A DNA stretch of 63,667 bases, the filler included. It is 11 parts of 11 records of this genome, joined end to end, with 100 filler letters (N's around TTAATTAATTAA, not from the genome) between each part and the next. Parts side by side here need not be neighbours in the genome. Positions count along the whole stretch, not along the records: positions 1 to 6,118 come from SRR7504441_7800; positions 6,219 to 12,383 come from SRR7504441_7808; 9 more parts are not named here. One strand, 5' to 3'. Shown here one piece after another: positions 1 through 11,469 of the stretch; within the stretch, counting starts at the first letter, position 1, and the number at the start of each line of letters is the position of its first letter. Position numbers and translations under genes: made by a program. The notes under the pieces were generated by a model, which was given only the letters and a program-made list of their open reading frames with translations, did not search any database and was not told the DNA's origin.

Positions 1-2
1 GG

Positions 3-3000
3 CTTGAGAAACGGGCTACAGTGGAGCGGCAAACATTGGAGAAGAAGCTAGCGGTAGACGACGCTGTATTACAACAGCGCAAAGCACAAACCTCTTCTGC
101 CAAAGAGAAGTTCGAAGCAGACAAGGAGAAGCTTGAAGCGGACAAAGCTGCGTCCAAGGCCGAACGGGAGGCTTTGGAGAAGCTAGTGGCAGAGACAGCA
201 GAGCTGAGAGCGAGAGGGGAAGCTGAGAAAAAGGCTTTGGAGGATGAGCTGGCTGCGCAGACGGCAGAGCTCAGATCAAAGCAGAAGAAACAATCCGAAG
301 ACGAGATGCGCCAAACGAAGAGTCAAGACTTGAAAGGCTTAGAAGCCGAGGCCAAGCGAGAGGCTCTCTTAAACCAGCTTGCAGAGGAGGAACAGAATGT
401 CAGAGCGCAGGCCGAAGCTAAGCGACAGGCTCTCGCGAAGGATCTTGAGCGCGAGGAGGAGGAAGCGAGAACAAGGCGTGACGAAATTGCACAAAGACTT
501 GCTAAAGAACTCGAGGATGAGCAGGAAGAAGTCAAAACCAAAAAGGATGCAATTGCCAAAGAGCTTGCCGACGAAGAAAAGAAAGCTCATGCAAAGAGGA
601 CGACTCTATCAGAGGAGGGGCTTGCTTCAGCTACAAATGCCAAGGCTGAGCTGCAGAGACTAGAAAAAAAAGTGATAGAGTTGAAGCAGCAGGAACAAGA
701 GGCTTTGAGGAGCGTTGCAGAGTCAAAGGAGGAGCAGAAGACCACACTGGAGGAAACTTCAAGGAAGCAAAAGGCCGCAGCTCAAGAAGTTGCCGAGTTG
801 GAAGCGAGGCTGTCCAAGTTGAAGAGCGACCTCGAATCTGGTGAAAAGTCGGCGGCTCAAACATCTCAGATCACTGATGCTGCCACTGACATCGCACAGG
901 ACATGACATGGTTGACCAACAGTTTCAACGGCTTGAAGCACTTGATTGAGTCGTCGTCAACCCAAGAAGTGCTTGACGCTATGTCTGAAACTGCGAAATA
1001 CATGGGGGAAGTGCCAGATGCAGCGGAAGCGCTAGAGAAACTCAATGCCCAGGCAGCAGCTGCCGAAGCGCGTGCAGCTGAGGCGAAGGAGCTTGAAAAA
1101 ATGAAATGGGATGATTTGATCGCAGCTACACGAGCACAGAAAGCCGCACTCGACAACGCGTGTGTAGAGAAAGAGCGAGAAGTGACAAATTTGAATTTGC
1201 AACTGGAGACAATTCAAGAAGAGCTACAATCGAAAGAGAGTGAAAAAAAGAGGATGAGCCAAGAAATGGATGATTTGATCGCGAATAAACAGGCGAGGGA
1301 AACGCAGTCAAACATCGATACAAATGGAGCAATAGCTGGACAAGCCGAGCCTGCCAACACTGCTGCTGACTCCAAACTAGACCAAAAGCAACAAGAGATA
1401 GAGAGAATGTCTTCACAGGAGCAGGCGCTCCAAGAAGTCATAGCTAGACTTCGTAACGAGATCAAAGATCTCGAGCTGCAGGCTGCTGATGCTCAAACAA
1501 GAATCAGTAAACATGAATCTGAGAGTAAGGAATGGGCTGAAAAGTTGGATGTGCAGCAACGCGAGTGTGAGGCCGCACAGAAAGCTCTTGGAGACAAAAC
1601 TGGTAGACTGGCTGAAATTGAGAACAGCATAAAGGCTGCAACAGAGGGGGCAGCTCAGCTTGAAACCAGGAACAAAATCGCAGCAAATGAAGCTCGAGAT
1701 CTAGAAGCTAAGAACGAGGAGTTGCTGCGAAGGCATGAGGCGCGTGAAAAGCTCCAGGCTGAACAGCAAACACCCGCTAAAGCTGAGCAAATACAGCAGA
1801 CGCAAGAGGTGCAACAGGTTCAAGCGCGGATTAAAAAGCTACAAAAGCAATTAGACGGGTTGTCGCAGACCTGCGCAGAACGTGAGCACGAGAGCAAAAC
1901 ATTTCAGCGGCGAATTGTGGAACAGAGAAGCGAACTGGAAAATCTTCAGGAATCGAGAATCGCTGCCAAATCAGCTGAAGCAAAGATAGGTGAGCTAACC
2001 GAGAAAATCGACAACTTGGAAGCAAACGCAGTTAAGGCGAAAGCTAAATGTGATACGCTAAACAAAGAGCGCGAAGAGGCAGAAAGACTTTGCGCTGAGG
2101 CCAGGACAGCAAGAGAGGAGGAGGAAGCTGCCTTGGAGGCACAACGCGAGAACTGGGAGGCACGTCGGGAGAGCTGGGTGCAGGAGGAAGCTGATCAAAT
2201 GTCAACAATACCAGGGGCGACCAACTCAGTGGAAATGGCCAGCAAACCATTAGCCAAAACAGAAGTGATTGAATCACCGCACGAAAAATTCATCCAACAG
2301 GTCAAAAAGACGATTGATAGCGACGAGCGTGTCAAAGCCTTACGGGATCGGATCTCCAAGTACCACGGAGACGTTACGTTGTTAAGCCAGAATCAGATAT
2401 CCACACCTCAGAGAGGCACGCCATCCATTGGTGAGTCCACGCCATCTCCCTTAGATGTCCGGAGCTTGCAAGTTAAATCTGTAAGTCCAGTACAAAAGAA
2501 GGCAACAGCAGCACCGCCGTATCAGCCAGTAGGAACGGAATTATTCAGCGTACATTCAACATCACAAGTCGAGGCGGAGCCCCCCCGGCACAGCTTGTTG
2601 CAAGATCTGAGGCAGAAACACGCTCAAGTAAATGTGCTTAGAAACGAGATCGCTGCCTTGCGTTCACAGACAAGCGAGCTGACCGCGTACCAGTCTAGTC
2701 CAGGGAGTTCTGCAAGTTCGCCCGAGAAGGACAGTCCGCCTACAGATGTCGTCAACACAAACAAAGTCCAGATGGATTTTGCAGAATCAACATCGCCATC
2801 TTCAGTGAATGACGACCAGCGTACAAACCGTTTGTCACAGCTGCGCCAAAGACTGCAAGAGCAGTATGGGAGTCCACCTGGTCTTGTTTCATTTAATGCA
2901 GTTTCCTCATCAATCAGTGATTCCCCGAGCAAAGGAGAGAAATCATTTGACGACTTAGTAGGCGTGTGCATTCGATTACGAGAGGAGCTTGATGAGCAGC

Positions 3001-3062
3001 GCTCTGCACTTTTGTCAGAATTTGAGGCTGCAACAATAGGATCGAAATACTCCGACACGTGA
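3..3062 (+). CDS. Long coiled-coil protein (5'-partial), Ser/Pro-rich C-terminal region
   Basis: Uninterrupted >1000-codon frame open from the contig edge; E/K/A/Q-rich heptad composition; stop TGA at 3060-3062. Confidence 0.85.
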   Translation, partial: LEKRATVERQTLEKKLAVDDAVLQQRKAQTSSAKEKFEADKEKLEADKAASKAEREALEKLVAETAELRARGEAEKKALEDELAAQTAELRSKQKKQSEDEMRQTKSQDLKGLEAEAKREALLNQLAEEEQNVRAQAEAKRQALAKDLEREEEEARTRRDEIAQRLAKELEDEQEEVKTKKDAIAKELADEEKKAHAKRTTLSEEGLASATNAKAELQRLEKKVIELKQQEQEALRSVAESKEEQKTTLEETSRKQKAAAQEVAELEARLSKLKSDLESGEKSAAQTSQITDAATDIAQDMTWLTNSFNGLKHLIESSSTQEVLDAMSETAKYMGEVPDAAEALEKLNAQAAAAEARAAEAKELEKMKWDDLIAATRAQKAALDNACVEKEREVTNLNLQLETIQEELQSKESEKKRMSQEMDDLIANKQARETQSNIDTNGAIAGQAEPANTAADSKLDQKQQEIERMSSQEQALQEVIARLRNEIKDLELQAADAQTRISKHESESKEWAEKLDVQQRECEAAQKALGDKTGRLAEIENSIKAATEGAAQLETRNKIAANEARDLEAKNEELLRRHEAREKLQAEQQTPAKAEQIQQTQEVQQVQARIKKLQKQLDGLSQTCAEREHESKTFQRRIVEQRSELENLQESRIAAKSAEAKIGELTEKIDNLEANAVKAKAKCDTLNKEREEAERLCAEARTAREEEEAALEAQRENWEARRESWVQEEADQMSTIPGATNSVEMASKPLAKTEVIESPHEKFIQQVKKTIDSDERVKALRDRISKYHGDVTLLSQNQISTPQRGTPSIGESTPSPLDVRSLQVKSVSPVQKKATAAPPYQPVGTELFSVHSTSQVEAEPPRHSLLQDLRQKHAQVNVLRNEIAALRSQTSELTAYQSSPGSSASSPEKDSPPTDVVNTNKVQMDFAESTSPSSVNDDQRTNRLSQLRQRLQEQYGSPPGLVSFNAVSSSISDSPSKGEKSFDDLVGVCIRLREELDEQRSALLSEFEAATIGSKYSDT

Positions 3063-3427
3063 AAAGAAAGCTCACAAAAATCCGCCGTCAAGCGTTCGCC
3101 GGGCGTGGAGGTTCTAGTCGTAGGCCAAGATGCTAGCCAAACCGTGCTAATAAGCCAAAAGAACTTAAACACGGTTCTAAGGGTCATTAAAGGGTCATAG
3201 TGTGAACCAGTAGGTTATAATGTACATGTACATCCCGTAGGTTATAATTATATAGCGATATAGGGACTGGGTGATCTACTTGTATTTTTGAATAGGTTTA
3301 CATGTACATGACATTGTACAGAGGAATGAACATTGACAACGTGACTCATCATGACGACATTTGTATGCACGAATCTGCGAAATAATGAAGCTAGAGATCA
3401 GCCTCCCACCAATACTTCACCGAGCTA

Positions 3428-5976
3428 TCACCGAGCGTCGTTCAGTGCTTGGAATGTGGCCTTGACCTTGTCCATGATGGCATCTTTTTGTGATGCGCAC
3501 AGCCGTGATCCAAACATTTGAGCAAATTTGTCGGGGTGCCACCTGATTTGCACAGAGCACACAGCACTTAAAGGGCGGCAGTTTTGGATGAAGCAGTGGC
3601 ACCTCTTGGCAAGCTTTTTGAAATCAGTGCCTCCAATATGCAGCGATTTCACTTTAGGGAACGGGACATCTGACATCTTGATGTCCTGCAGATTTTTGGC
3701 TTCGAACTGCTCCCACTGCGTGTCGTTGGCAGCATCATAGACCCGCGGGTCAGTACGCCATCTTGATTGTGACCTCGACGAGGATGAGGAGCTATAACCC
3801 TCAGATCTGAAGTCGAAGTGTGCACCAAAGATCCTCTCTTTGAATGTATCCCTATTTCGCGGTCCCCTAAAACTGTCAAAACCAAATGGATCATCTGCAT
3901 TCAGGCCCAATCAGTGTTGACCCATCCAACTAAATGCGCCCTCGCACCTTTGTTAAGTTCCTCCTTTAGTTTGGCACGAGCTTTCTCCCTATCTTCTCGA
4001 GCTTTGGTCAGTTCTTCCTGCAGGGCACAGGTCATTCTGAGGCTTTCGTCTCACCATGCACCTCTCGCATCCGCTGCTGTCGTCGCGCATCTTCACGCTT
4101 TTGCGCTAGCTCCTCTTCTTCTCTCGCCCTTGCTTGCTGCCGCTCGCGCTCGCGGGCCTCCTATGTCCCAACCATCCTTCAGCCTGCAACCACCATGGCT
4201 CGACACGCACCTGCTGTGCTCTTCGCTCTTCCAGCACGCGTTGTCTCTCCTCTTGCGAAGCCTGCTCCCTGGCACGCTGAGCCTCCTTTGCCTGGTGCCA
4301 CGCGCTCAGTCCACCCCTAACGGCAGCCACTACCTTCTCGAGCTCGCTGTTCCTACGCTCCTGCCTGGCTGCAGCCTCTTTCCTCGTCTGCTCAATCTCC
4401 GCTTCCCGCTGCTGCGCTCTCTTTTGGATCTGATCCCGCGCGCGCTTCCACTCTCTCTCCTGCGCTGCCGCATTGGCCTCCCGTTCCTCCTGCGATCGGC
4501 TCAGCTGCTGCCTGTCCCGGCCGGCACCTGCTCTCGCCTGTGCTCCGCCTCTCTCCGCTGCTGGTCGGCCAGCAGCCTGGCCTCCTCCTGCTCGTTCCGG
4601 AGCTCCATCTGCTCGAGCTGGGCGTCCAGCTTGAGCTTGGCGTGCGCCTGCTCCTTGGCCTGCCGCTCGAGTTCGAATTGGTCTCTGGCCGCCCGCAGCT
4701 CCTGCTCGAGCTGCTCCGTCCGCCGGGTCTCCATCTCGCGCAGATGTCGCTGATGCTCCTCCCGCTCGCGAGACTGCTCCTCCCGCAGCTGCTCGAACGC
4801 GCTGCCTACCCGCGAGGCTGACTGCTGGATTTGCTCGTGCTGCTGCTCCAGCCGGCTGTTTCTGTCCTGCATCTCCTGCTTAAAGTTGGACAGCTTGCTC
4901 TTCATCTGGGCCTCAAACCCGCTCGCCCGCTCCGAGGCGTCCTCCGCCTTGTGCGTCTTCCGCCGGCTGCGCAGGTTGGCTCCCACCTTCCGAATCCCAA
5001 TCCGCATCTGCTCCAGCTTGTGCGCAGCCACATCCCGCTGATTGCCCTCAGTCGGCTCCTGGTCGGGCTCCAGGCTGCTCTGGTCAGCCATCTGCTCGGA
5101 CATCTTCTTCCGCTCGGCCGCCTGGCTCCGGAGCTTGTGCTCGAGCATCGTCCGTGGCGTCTCGACTGGCAGCAGATCCTCCTGTGCTGGCATCTCCCGC
5201 GGCTCCGGAGATGGCCCCGGCGGCTCAGCTGGGCTCGCTCGCTCCAGTGTGCTCGCGCCGGCAGGCTCCGGGGCTGGCGGCACTGGCGATCGCACCGGCG
5301 ACCTTGACTTTGGCGGGGCCGGTTTGGGAGGGATGAGCCTCTTGCCCCGCCCACGGGCAGGCGGCGCCAGCGAGCGCTCCGGCTTGGCCGCCAGGCTCTC
5401 CCCGACCGGCGCCGGGGCCGGGCTGGCCGGCTGCTCCGCCGTCGTGCTGCACATCTCTGCGCCGGGCGGTGAGCCAATCCGCAGCGGGGCAGCACCGGTC
5501 ATCCGATCCTTGAGCTGCTCGATGGCGTCCGACAGCCGGAGCGCCCGATTGACAGCAGCCCGCCGGCGATCGGAGCAATCTGCCCCCGCCGGTCGGCCCG
5601 GGGCCGGGCGGGCAGCTACGTGTGCGGTCGAGCCCGTCGATCTCAAGCAGGACCTGCCCCGCGGCTGAGCCGCCCAGCGCCCGGGCCGCCCGCCTGGGTG
5701 ATCGACTCGTCCAGTGCGGTGAAGACCTGCCGCTTGGACCGGAGGTACCTGGCCCGCGGCTCGGGCAGCGCCGGGCGCCGGGCGCACCGCTTGCGGGCGT
5801 CTCGGTCCTGCTCGGCCAGCTTGCCAGCCTCCTTCTGGCGGCCGGTGGTCTCGGTCTCGACCCGATCGAGCAGCTGGCCGGCGGGCTGGCGCGGGGCGGG
5901 AGCGGGAGAAAACCTGGTCGATGTGGTCGATCTTGGCCGTCACCTGCTCCTTGTCCATCGACCTAGCCACTGCCAT
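3428..5976 (-). CDS. BAG domain / Pro-rich / coiled-coil / NFKBIL1-like C-terminal HPD (J-like) protein, 10 introns
   Basis: Removing short GT/GC-AG introns (e.g. 5874-5913, 5749-5787, 3543-3602) gives one continuous frame. N-term ...ALDESITQVLLEIDGLDRTHCSDRRRAAVNRALRLSDAIEQLK (BAG-like); C-term ...VPFP...KKLAKRWHPDKFAQMFGSRL...KVKATFQALN. Confidence 0.75.
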
Positions 5977-6118
5977 TGAGCTCTACTCCCAAGCCATATT
6001 CATATGGCGAAAATTTACTCGCGGTTTGCCGTTGCTGCCGGGAACAGGACTCAGGCTCACCCGCTCAGCTCTCTCTGCATCGCTACGTGTAGTTAGTTAG
6101 TTAGTTACCGAGCATTTA

Positions 6119-6218
6119 NNNNNNNNNNNNNNNNNNNNNNNNNNNNNNNNNNNNNNNNNNNNTTAATTAATTAANNNNNNNNNNNNNNNNNNNNNNNNNN
6201 NNNNNNNNNNNNNNNNNN
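6119..6218. other. Artificial contig linker (N44-TTAATTAATTAA-N44)
   Basis: Identical 100-nt six-frame-stop spacer repeated ten times in the window. Confidence 0.98.
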
Positions 6219-6259
6219 CCCCTGTGGGTGGGTGGGCTGGCCGCTGAGCCAGCGGGCAG

Positions 6260-6626
6260 GACGGCAAGACGGCGCTCGATCTTGCTGAGGAGAAAGGCTA
6301 CAGCGAGATCATCGCCGTGCTGCGCGCCCCGGCGAGCTGCCTCGGCCGGGCATCATCGAACCGGGGCTGTGCAGGCGGTCACTGTCGAGCGCCAGCTGTT
6401 TGATGCCCTCGACCTCGACCGGGATGGCACCGTGACTTACGCCGAAATGCACAAGGGCTTCCGCGGCAAACGCAAGGATGAGCTCAGGCAGCTGGCCAAC
6501 GCTTGTGGCCACCAGTGGAAGTCTCTGGAGTTCCTTTTTTACGACAAGCCCAACAGCGAGGGCTGCAGCTTCCAAGAGTTTGAAGCTTGCGTGAAGGCTC
6601 CTCCTGAAGCAGTTATGATATTATGA
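6260..6626 (+). CDS. 3' end of an ankyrin-repeat + EF-hand protein (partial)
   Basis: Exon DGKTALDLAEEKGYSEIIAVLR (ankyrin), then a GC-AG intron, then EF-hand LFDALDLDRDGTVTYAEM; stop at 6626. Confidence 0.7.
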
Positions 6627-7227
6627 GCACATGAAGCTAACATGAAGCAGTGGTTGAGCATATGTGCGCTTGAACCGGTTCAATGATCTGAACGGAGCTG
6701 TGCAGGAAAGCACGATCATGGTGTGAGTGTGATGTCAAGCATGATACTGTAGTACGCATTGTGGCCTAATTGTGGCCTCAAGTGTCGTGAGAATCTTCAA
6801 TAGTACGCATCGATGTACACTACGTAGTACTTAGTGAGGACAGAGTCTAATTAAGTCTGATTATGGTATAACATTACATCGCATGCACCGCTATAGCTAA
6901 CTAAAGCTTAGTATGGCGCTTGAGCCTAGCTCGAGCCCACCGGAGCCCTTGGTTTAAGCTTGGTTGGTCTGGAGGGCATGGAGAAAGCTGGTGTAACTGT
7001 GAGATAACGCTAAAGATATCACTGGAAGATAACGCTAAAGATAAAGCTCGGGTCAACATCTGATAAAGATACAAAAGACATACAAAAGAGCATTGATTTT
7101 AGGACTCAGGAGATCAGTTCTCACTCAGGCTGCAGTCTGGCAGAGCCCACCTGCCACGGCACCGCTGCCGGCATAGGTCCGTTGAGCTGCATCGTTGATG
7201 CATTTTTAGCCTGAGAAGTGGTCCCAG

Positions 7228-8452
7228 ATGGCGGGACCTTCGATGCCTCCGCTGGCCGGAGTGCCTGGCCCCTCCGGGATGGCCAGCCACCGGTCCACAC
7301 ACTCCCGGATGGTAACCCCCGCCCACCGGCTGGCCCGACCGGCCGGCCCCAGTCCGACTCGCGACGATCCAAGCTAGAGCGGCTCAGGGCGCGGGAGCAG
7401 TCGGCAGACCGAATCCCGCTCTCCCGGCGGTCCAGGTGCCCGCCTAGCGGCCAGCTGGGCGAGCCAGTGGTCAGCGGTCGGGGGATGGAGCTGCCGCGGC
7501 CCCGGACTGGTTCGGGCACCCCTGTACTGCGGCCAGTGACCGGTGCCTCTCGGCCGCCTACCGGGGCCTCCCGCCCGCCGACGGGATACCTGGAGAGCGC
7601 AACTGGCTACTACCCGAGCATACCAGAGGAATCCGAGTACCAGGACGAGCTCGGAAGGATTGCGGAGGAGGCGCCGCAGATCGAGCGGATCGGGGAGGAG
7701 CCAGAGGAGGACGAGGCAGCCTACCAGCCAGACCGGGCTGACGGCGGCCGGCCAGGTAGACGAGTGGGCGCTGTTGAACGAGCTGGACATCACCTGCTAT
7801 CAGTTCGAACAGCAGCAGGCGCGCATCGATCAGCACAATCGACGGAAGAAGGTGCGCGACACGCTGTTTGATCAAATACGAGAGCAGAACGAGACTCGGG
7901 TGCGCTGCCAGCTGGATCGGGGCTGAGCGAGCGCGGTAGGCGCGGAATCGGGAGGAGGCGGACATGGAGCAGCAGCAACAGGAGGAACGGCTGGCCGACT
8001 GGAACCGATGTGAGGACCTTCAGGACCAGATTGTGGACAAGCAACAGCAGCGGCACAAGGAGCTGCAGACCCTGCTCATGACAGTGGGCGACATGCGCGA
8101 CGCCATGAACGAGCAGGAGCATGACGCCAGAGTGGAGAGGCAGCAGCGACTTGAGCACCAACGGCGGTACGGCGACCTGCTCCTCAACCAGTACAAGCAG
8201 CACAAGAAGAAGGTAGAGTACTCGGGCATGACGCCTAACGAGCGCCGGATCAACTTGCCGTTGCTCGAGAAGCTGCGCGACTCGTGTGCGACCGGGATGG
8301 CCAACTCACAAACCTCCCGGACAGTTACTCCAGCCCCCTTCTCAGAGAGGAGCGGAGCCTCGAGCTCCAAGTTCCTCGGGGTCAAGGGCGAGCTGGAGCG
8401 CGGGGCCAAGATCCGGAATAAGATGAGGGCCGATAACGTCAAGTTCGGGTAA
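7228..8452 (+). CDS. Hypothetical coiled-coil protein, possibly ciliary (4 introns)
   Basis: ATG 7228; introns 7312-7352, 7436-7474, 7716-7755 (GC-AG), 7900-7939 join the frames. Motifs DEWALLNELD...TLFDQIREQ and MTPNERRINLPLLEK resemble flagellar coiled-coil proteins (inference). Confidence 0.65.
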
Positions 8453-8757
8453 GAGCTGACTGATGATTGCGCTTGTCACTACACGAGGCGTCAGGACATC
8501 TGTCCAACAAACAAATCGGATGTCCAGCAAATAAATTTGAATCGATATTGATTTCTAATTACGAGTATACCGTGAGTGACGGAGTTTAGGAATGATCATG
8601 GTCAGACTCTAGTTGCTAAATAACGACAATACAAAACATAGTTGTAACAAGACTTAGTCTCGTGAATGCGCGTGAGCGCTACGTGCGCGCGTGTCCGTCT
8701 CCACAGGCACACACTCTCCGGCCGCTTCCTCAGTAATTACTCCGCAATCCTTCCGCG

Positions 8758-11194
8758 CTACTTCTTGAGCTTACTGCTCCTCGGCTTGGGCGGCACGAAC
8801 TCGCTCGATTGCTTTGCGCCCCCGTCGCATTCCTTGCTCATTGGCCGCGGCAGGCTGCTGTTCGGCTGCTCGTTGTGGTGCAGCGTCTTGGCGCAAGGCT
8901 CGGCCCCGTTTGCGTCCAGCTCCCCATTCAGCTTGCCAGAACTCTGCTCCACGTACGGCCGCCACTTTCCGTCCGGTGGCTTGGCCGACCGGGGCTTGGG
9001 CGGCACAAATTGGGCCAGCCCAGCCCGTGGCTTGGCCAGCTCGACCTGGCTGCCGGCCGCTTCAACCTCTGGCGGCTCTCTAGTTTCCCCTTGTGTGGCA
9101 GTGCAATTGGATCTTGTGGCCTCATGCTCGAGCTTAGGCGCTTCCCCGCGCTGCCCGTCCGTTCGGGCCTGGTCCTGCCACATGGCCAGCCGGGACCGGC
9201 ACCGCCGCCCGTTGAGTCCTTTAAGCTTCTCGGCCACCTCCGCGTGCCCGGCCGCCGCCTCTTTCGCCACGACGTCCAGGCACAGCACGAGCGCCGCATC
9301 CACGTCGTCCAGATTGGCCCCGATCGGCGCGGCCCGCTTGGCCTGCTCGACGGCGTCAACGCACTCGAGCAGCGCGGCATCTATCGGGGCCAAATCGAGC
9401 GGAGGGTGGCAGCTGGCCTCTGGCGCCGCTGGCAGCTCAAGCTCGGGCACGGCCGCTCTACTCGGATCCGGCTGGGGCGGCGGGCTGGCCGGTGGGCTGG
9501 CCGGCTTGGGGTGACTCATCAGCGAGTGCACCTGCGAGATGAGCGCCGGCCTCGCCTTGGCTCTTTGCTTCCTCAGGTCGTCACGCCGCCTCAGCTCGCC
9601 CTGCTGCTCCAGCCGGCTCAGCTCAACCTCCTCCTCGGCCTTCCGCCGGTCCGCCACTTCCTGCCTCTCCCGGCGGGCGGCCTTCTTCCGGGCCCTCCGC
9701 TCCTTCTCCTTGGCGGTCTTGATCGCTTTCTGTTCGAGTCTAAACTTCTCCTCAGCCTCCTGCTCCTCGAGAAGGTGTGTAGCGTGATTCAGCGCTCTAT
9801 ACTCGCGCCGCTCCTTGAGCATAGCCGCCACCTCCGCGTGCCCGCCCGCCGCCGCCAGCCCGATCGGGTCCAGCCCGTCGGCCGTCTTGGCGTCCACGTT
9901 CAGGCTCCGCTTGAACAGTGTAGCCGCCGTGTCTTGATGCCCGCCCCGCGCCGCCCAGTGCAGCGGCAGCATCCCCTGCGCGTCGGCCGTCTCGGTACTC
10001 CCCCCGAGCCTGGCCACCGTCTTGACCAGCTCGGTCTGGCCGCGCCCGGCCGCCAAGTGCATCGCGGTCCGCCCGCGGTCGTCAGTAAGGTCCAGGACTG
10101 TTAGCGCTCCGTGCCGCTCAATCTCCACCAAGAGCCGCTCGGCCACCTCCGTCCGCTCGTTCTCTATCGCCCGCATTAACGGCGTCATCCGGGCCGCGTC
10201 CTGCGCCTCCAGCCCGGCCCCGTGCAGCGCCAGTAGGCTGACTGCCTCCAGTTGGCCTGCCGCCGCCGCCAGGCAGAGTGGCGTCCTGCCATCAACGTCC
10301 CGCACCCTCACCGAGCTTGGATCCGCCTGGAGCAGCCGATCTAACATCTGGCCCATCCCACCGAGCGCCGCCAGGTGCACTGCGGTCTGGCCGGAGGGAG
10401 CGCTGGGCAGATTGACCTCGACTTGATGTTTGAGCAGCACCTCAACACACAATGAGTTGCTCTCCTGCAGACCAGTCAGCCGGGCACAAGCCCGGGCGGA
10501 CCAGCACGGCCATCTGGAGCGCGCTGAGCCCGGTGCTCTGGTGCAGCTTCGAGCTGTCGGCCCGTTGCTGCAGGAGGAGCGCGAGCACATGCTTCTGCTC
10601 CAGCTGTCCCCGCACTCACCGGCCGACCGCCAGGGCCCGACCTGGGTGGCCAGGTGGATCGCCGTCCCGCCCCCGCTCCCGACCATCTCAAGAGACTCTG
10701 GCGACCCCCGCCTGCCCGCTCGGCTCGCCGAGCCCCGGCCCGGAGCTGGCACCGGATGAGTGCCTCGGCGCAAGTGGCCTTCAGCGCCCGGATGGCCGCC
10801 AGCAGCGCCGTTTCCTCCTTCAAAGTCCGGAGGGCGCAATCCGCCCCCTGGCGGCCCGACCGTAAGCCCGGCCCGGCCCGGCCGGCCTACTGCGTCGATG
10901 AGCACCGAGATGCATCCGGCGTGGCCTTGGGAGGCGGCCAGGAAGAGCGGGGTCCGGTCCTGGTCGTCCCGGCAGTCGACCTCGGCCTTGTGCTGCACCA
11001 GGGTCTGGACCAGGTGGTGGTGCCCGTGCCGCGCTGCCTTGTGCACCGGGCGCATCCCGGTCACGTCGGCTACATCCGGGTCCTGCCCCCCGATCCAGCC
11101 GGCTCAGCTCGGCCGGCACCTCGCCCTGGGCCAGCAACGCCTCGGCGTGCTTGACGTTGCCGTCGAGCGCCGCCAGGTGGAGCGGACAGAACAT
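8758..11194 (-). CDS. Ankyrin-repeat protein with coiled-coil and low-complexity tail (about 5 introns)
   Basis: Repeated ankyrin motifs (PLHLAA..G, GRTPLCLAAAAG, GRTAMHLAAGRG, GMLPLHWAARGGH); 37-43 nt introns restore the frame in the 5' half. Start codon uncertain. Confidence 0.85.
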
Positions 11195-11401
11195 GGCTCA
11201 CCCTCGGCCCCCCCCAGCCGGCCGGCCCGCCGCCGTATTCATGGGCCGACCAGAAGATGACCAAGATGGAAACACGAAGAGACCGTTGGACTCACACGCA
11301 GTACCAACGCAGGCAACGCGGCCGGGGCGACGTGGGGTGTTTGAGCGTGTACGTGTATATAGTGGCGCTTCATAGGAGATGGTAATGATGCGAACTATAT
11401 C

Positions 11402-11430
11402 GCCTTTAATAGCCTTTAATAGCCTTTAAT
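11402..11430. repeat. Tandem 10-mer (GCCTTTAATA) x ~3
   Basis: gcctttaatagcctttaatagcctttaat read directly in intergenic DNA. Confidence 0.85.
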
Positions 11431-11469
11431 TCAGTGACGTCCACGAGCTGTTGAAGCAGAAGTGAGCGG

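Noticed and set aside
7002-7043. Direct repeat AGATAACGCTAAAGATA x2 as a CRISPR-like array
   Set aside because: Only two copies with a very short spacer, in eukaryotic intergenic DNA; no cas genes.
3818-11260. Many long antisense or overlapping ORFs (e.g. 3818-4753, 8666-9514, 8809-10104)
   Set aside because: Shadows of GC-rich coding strands with few stop codons; no recognisable motifs.
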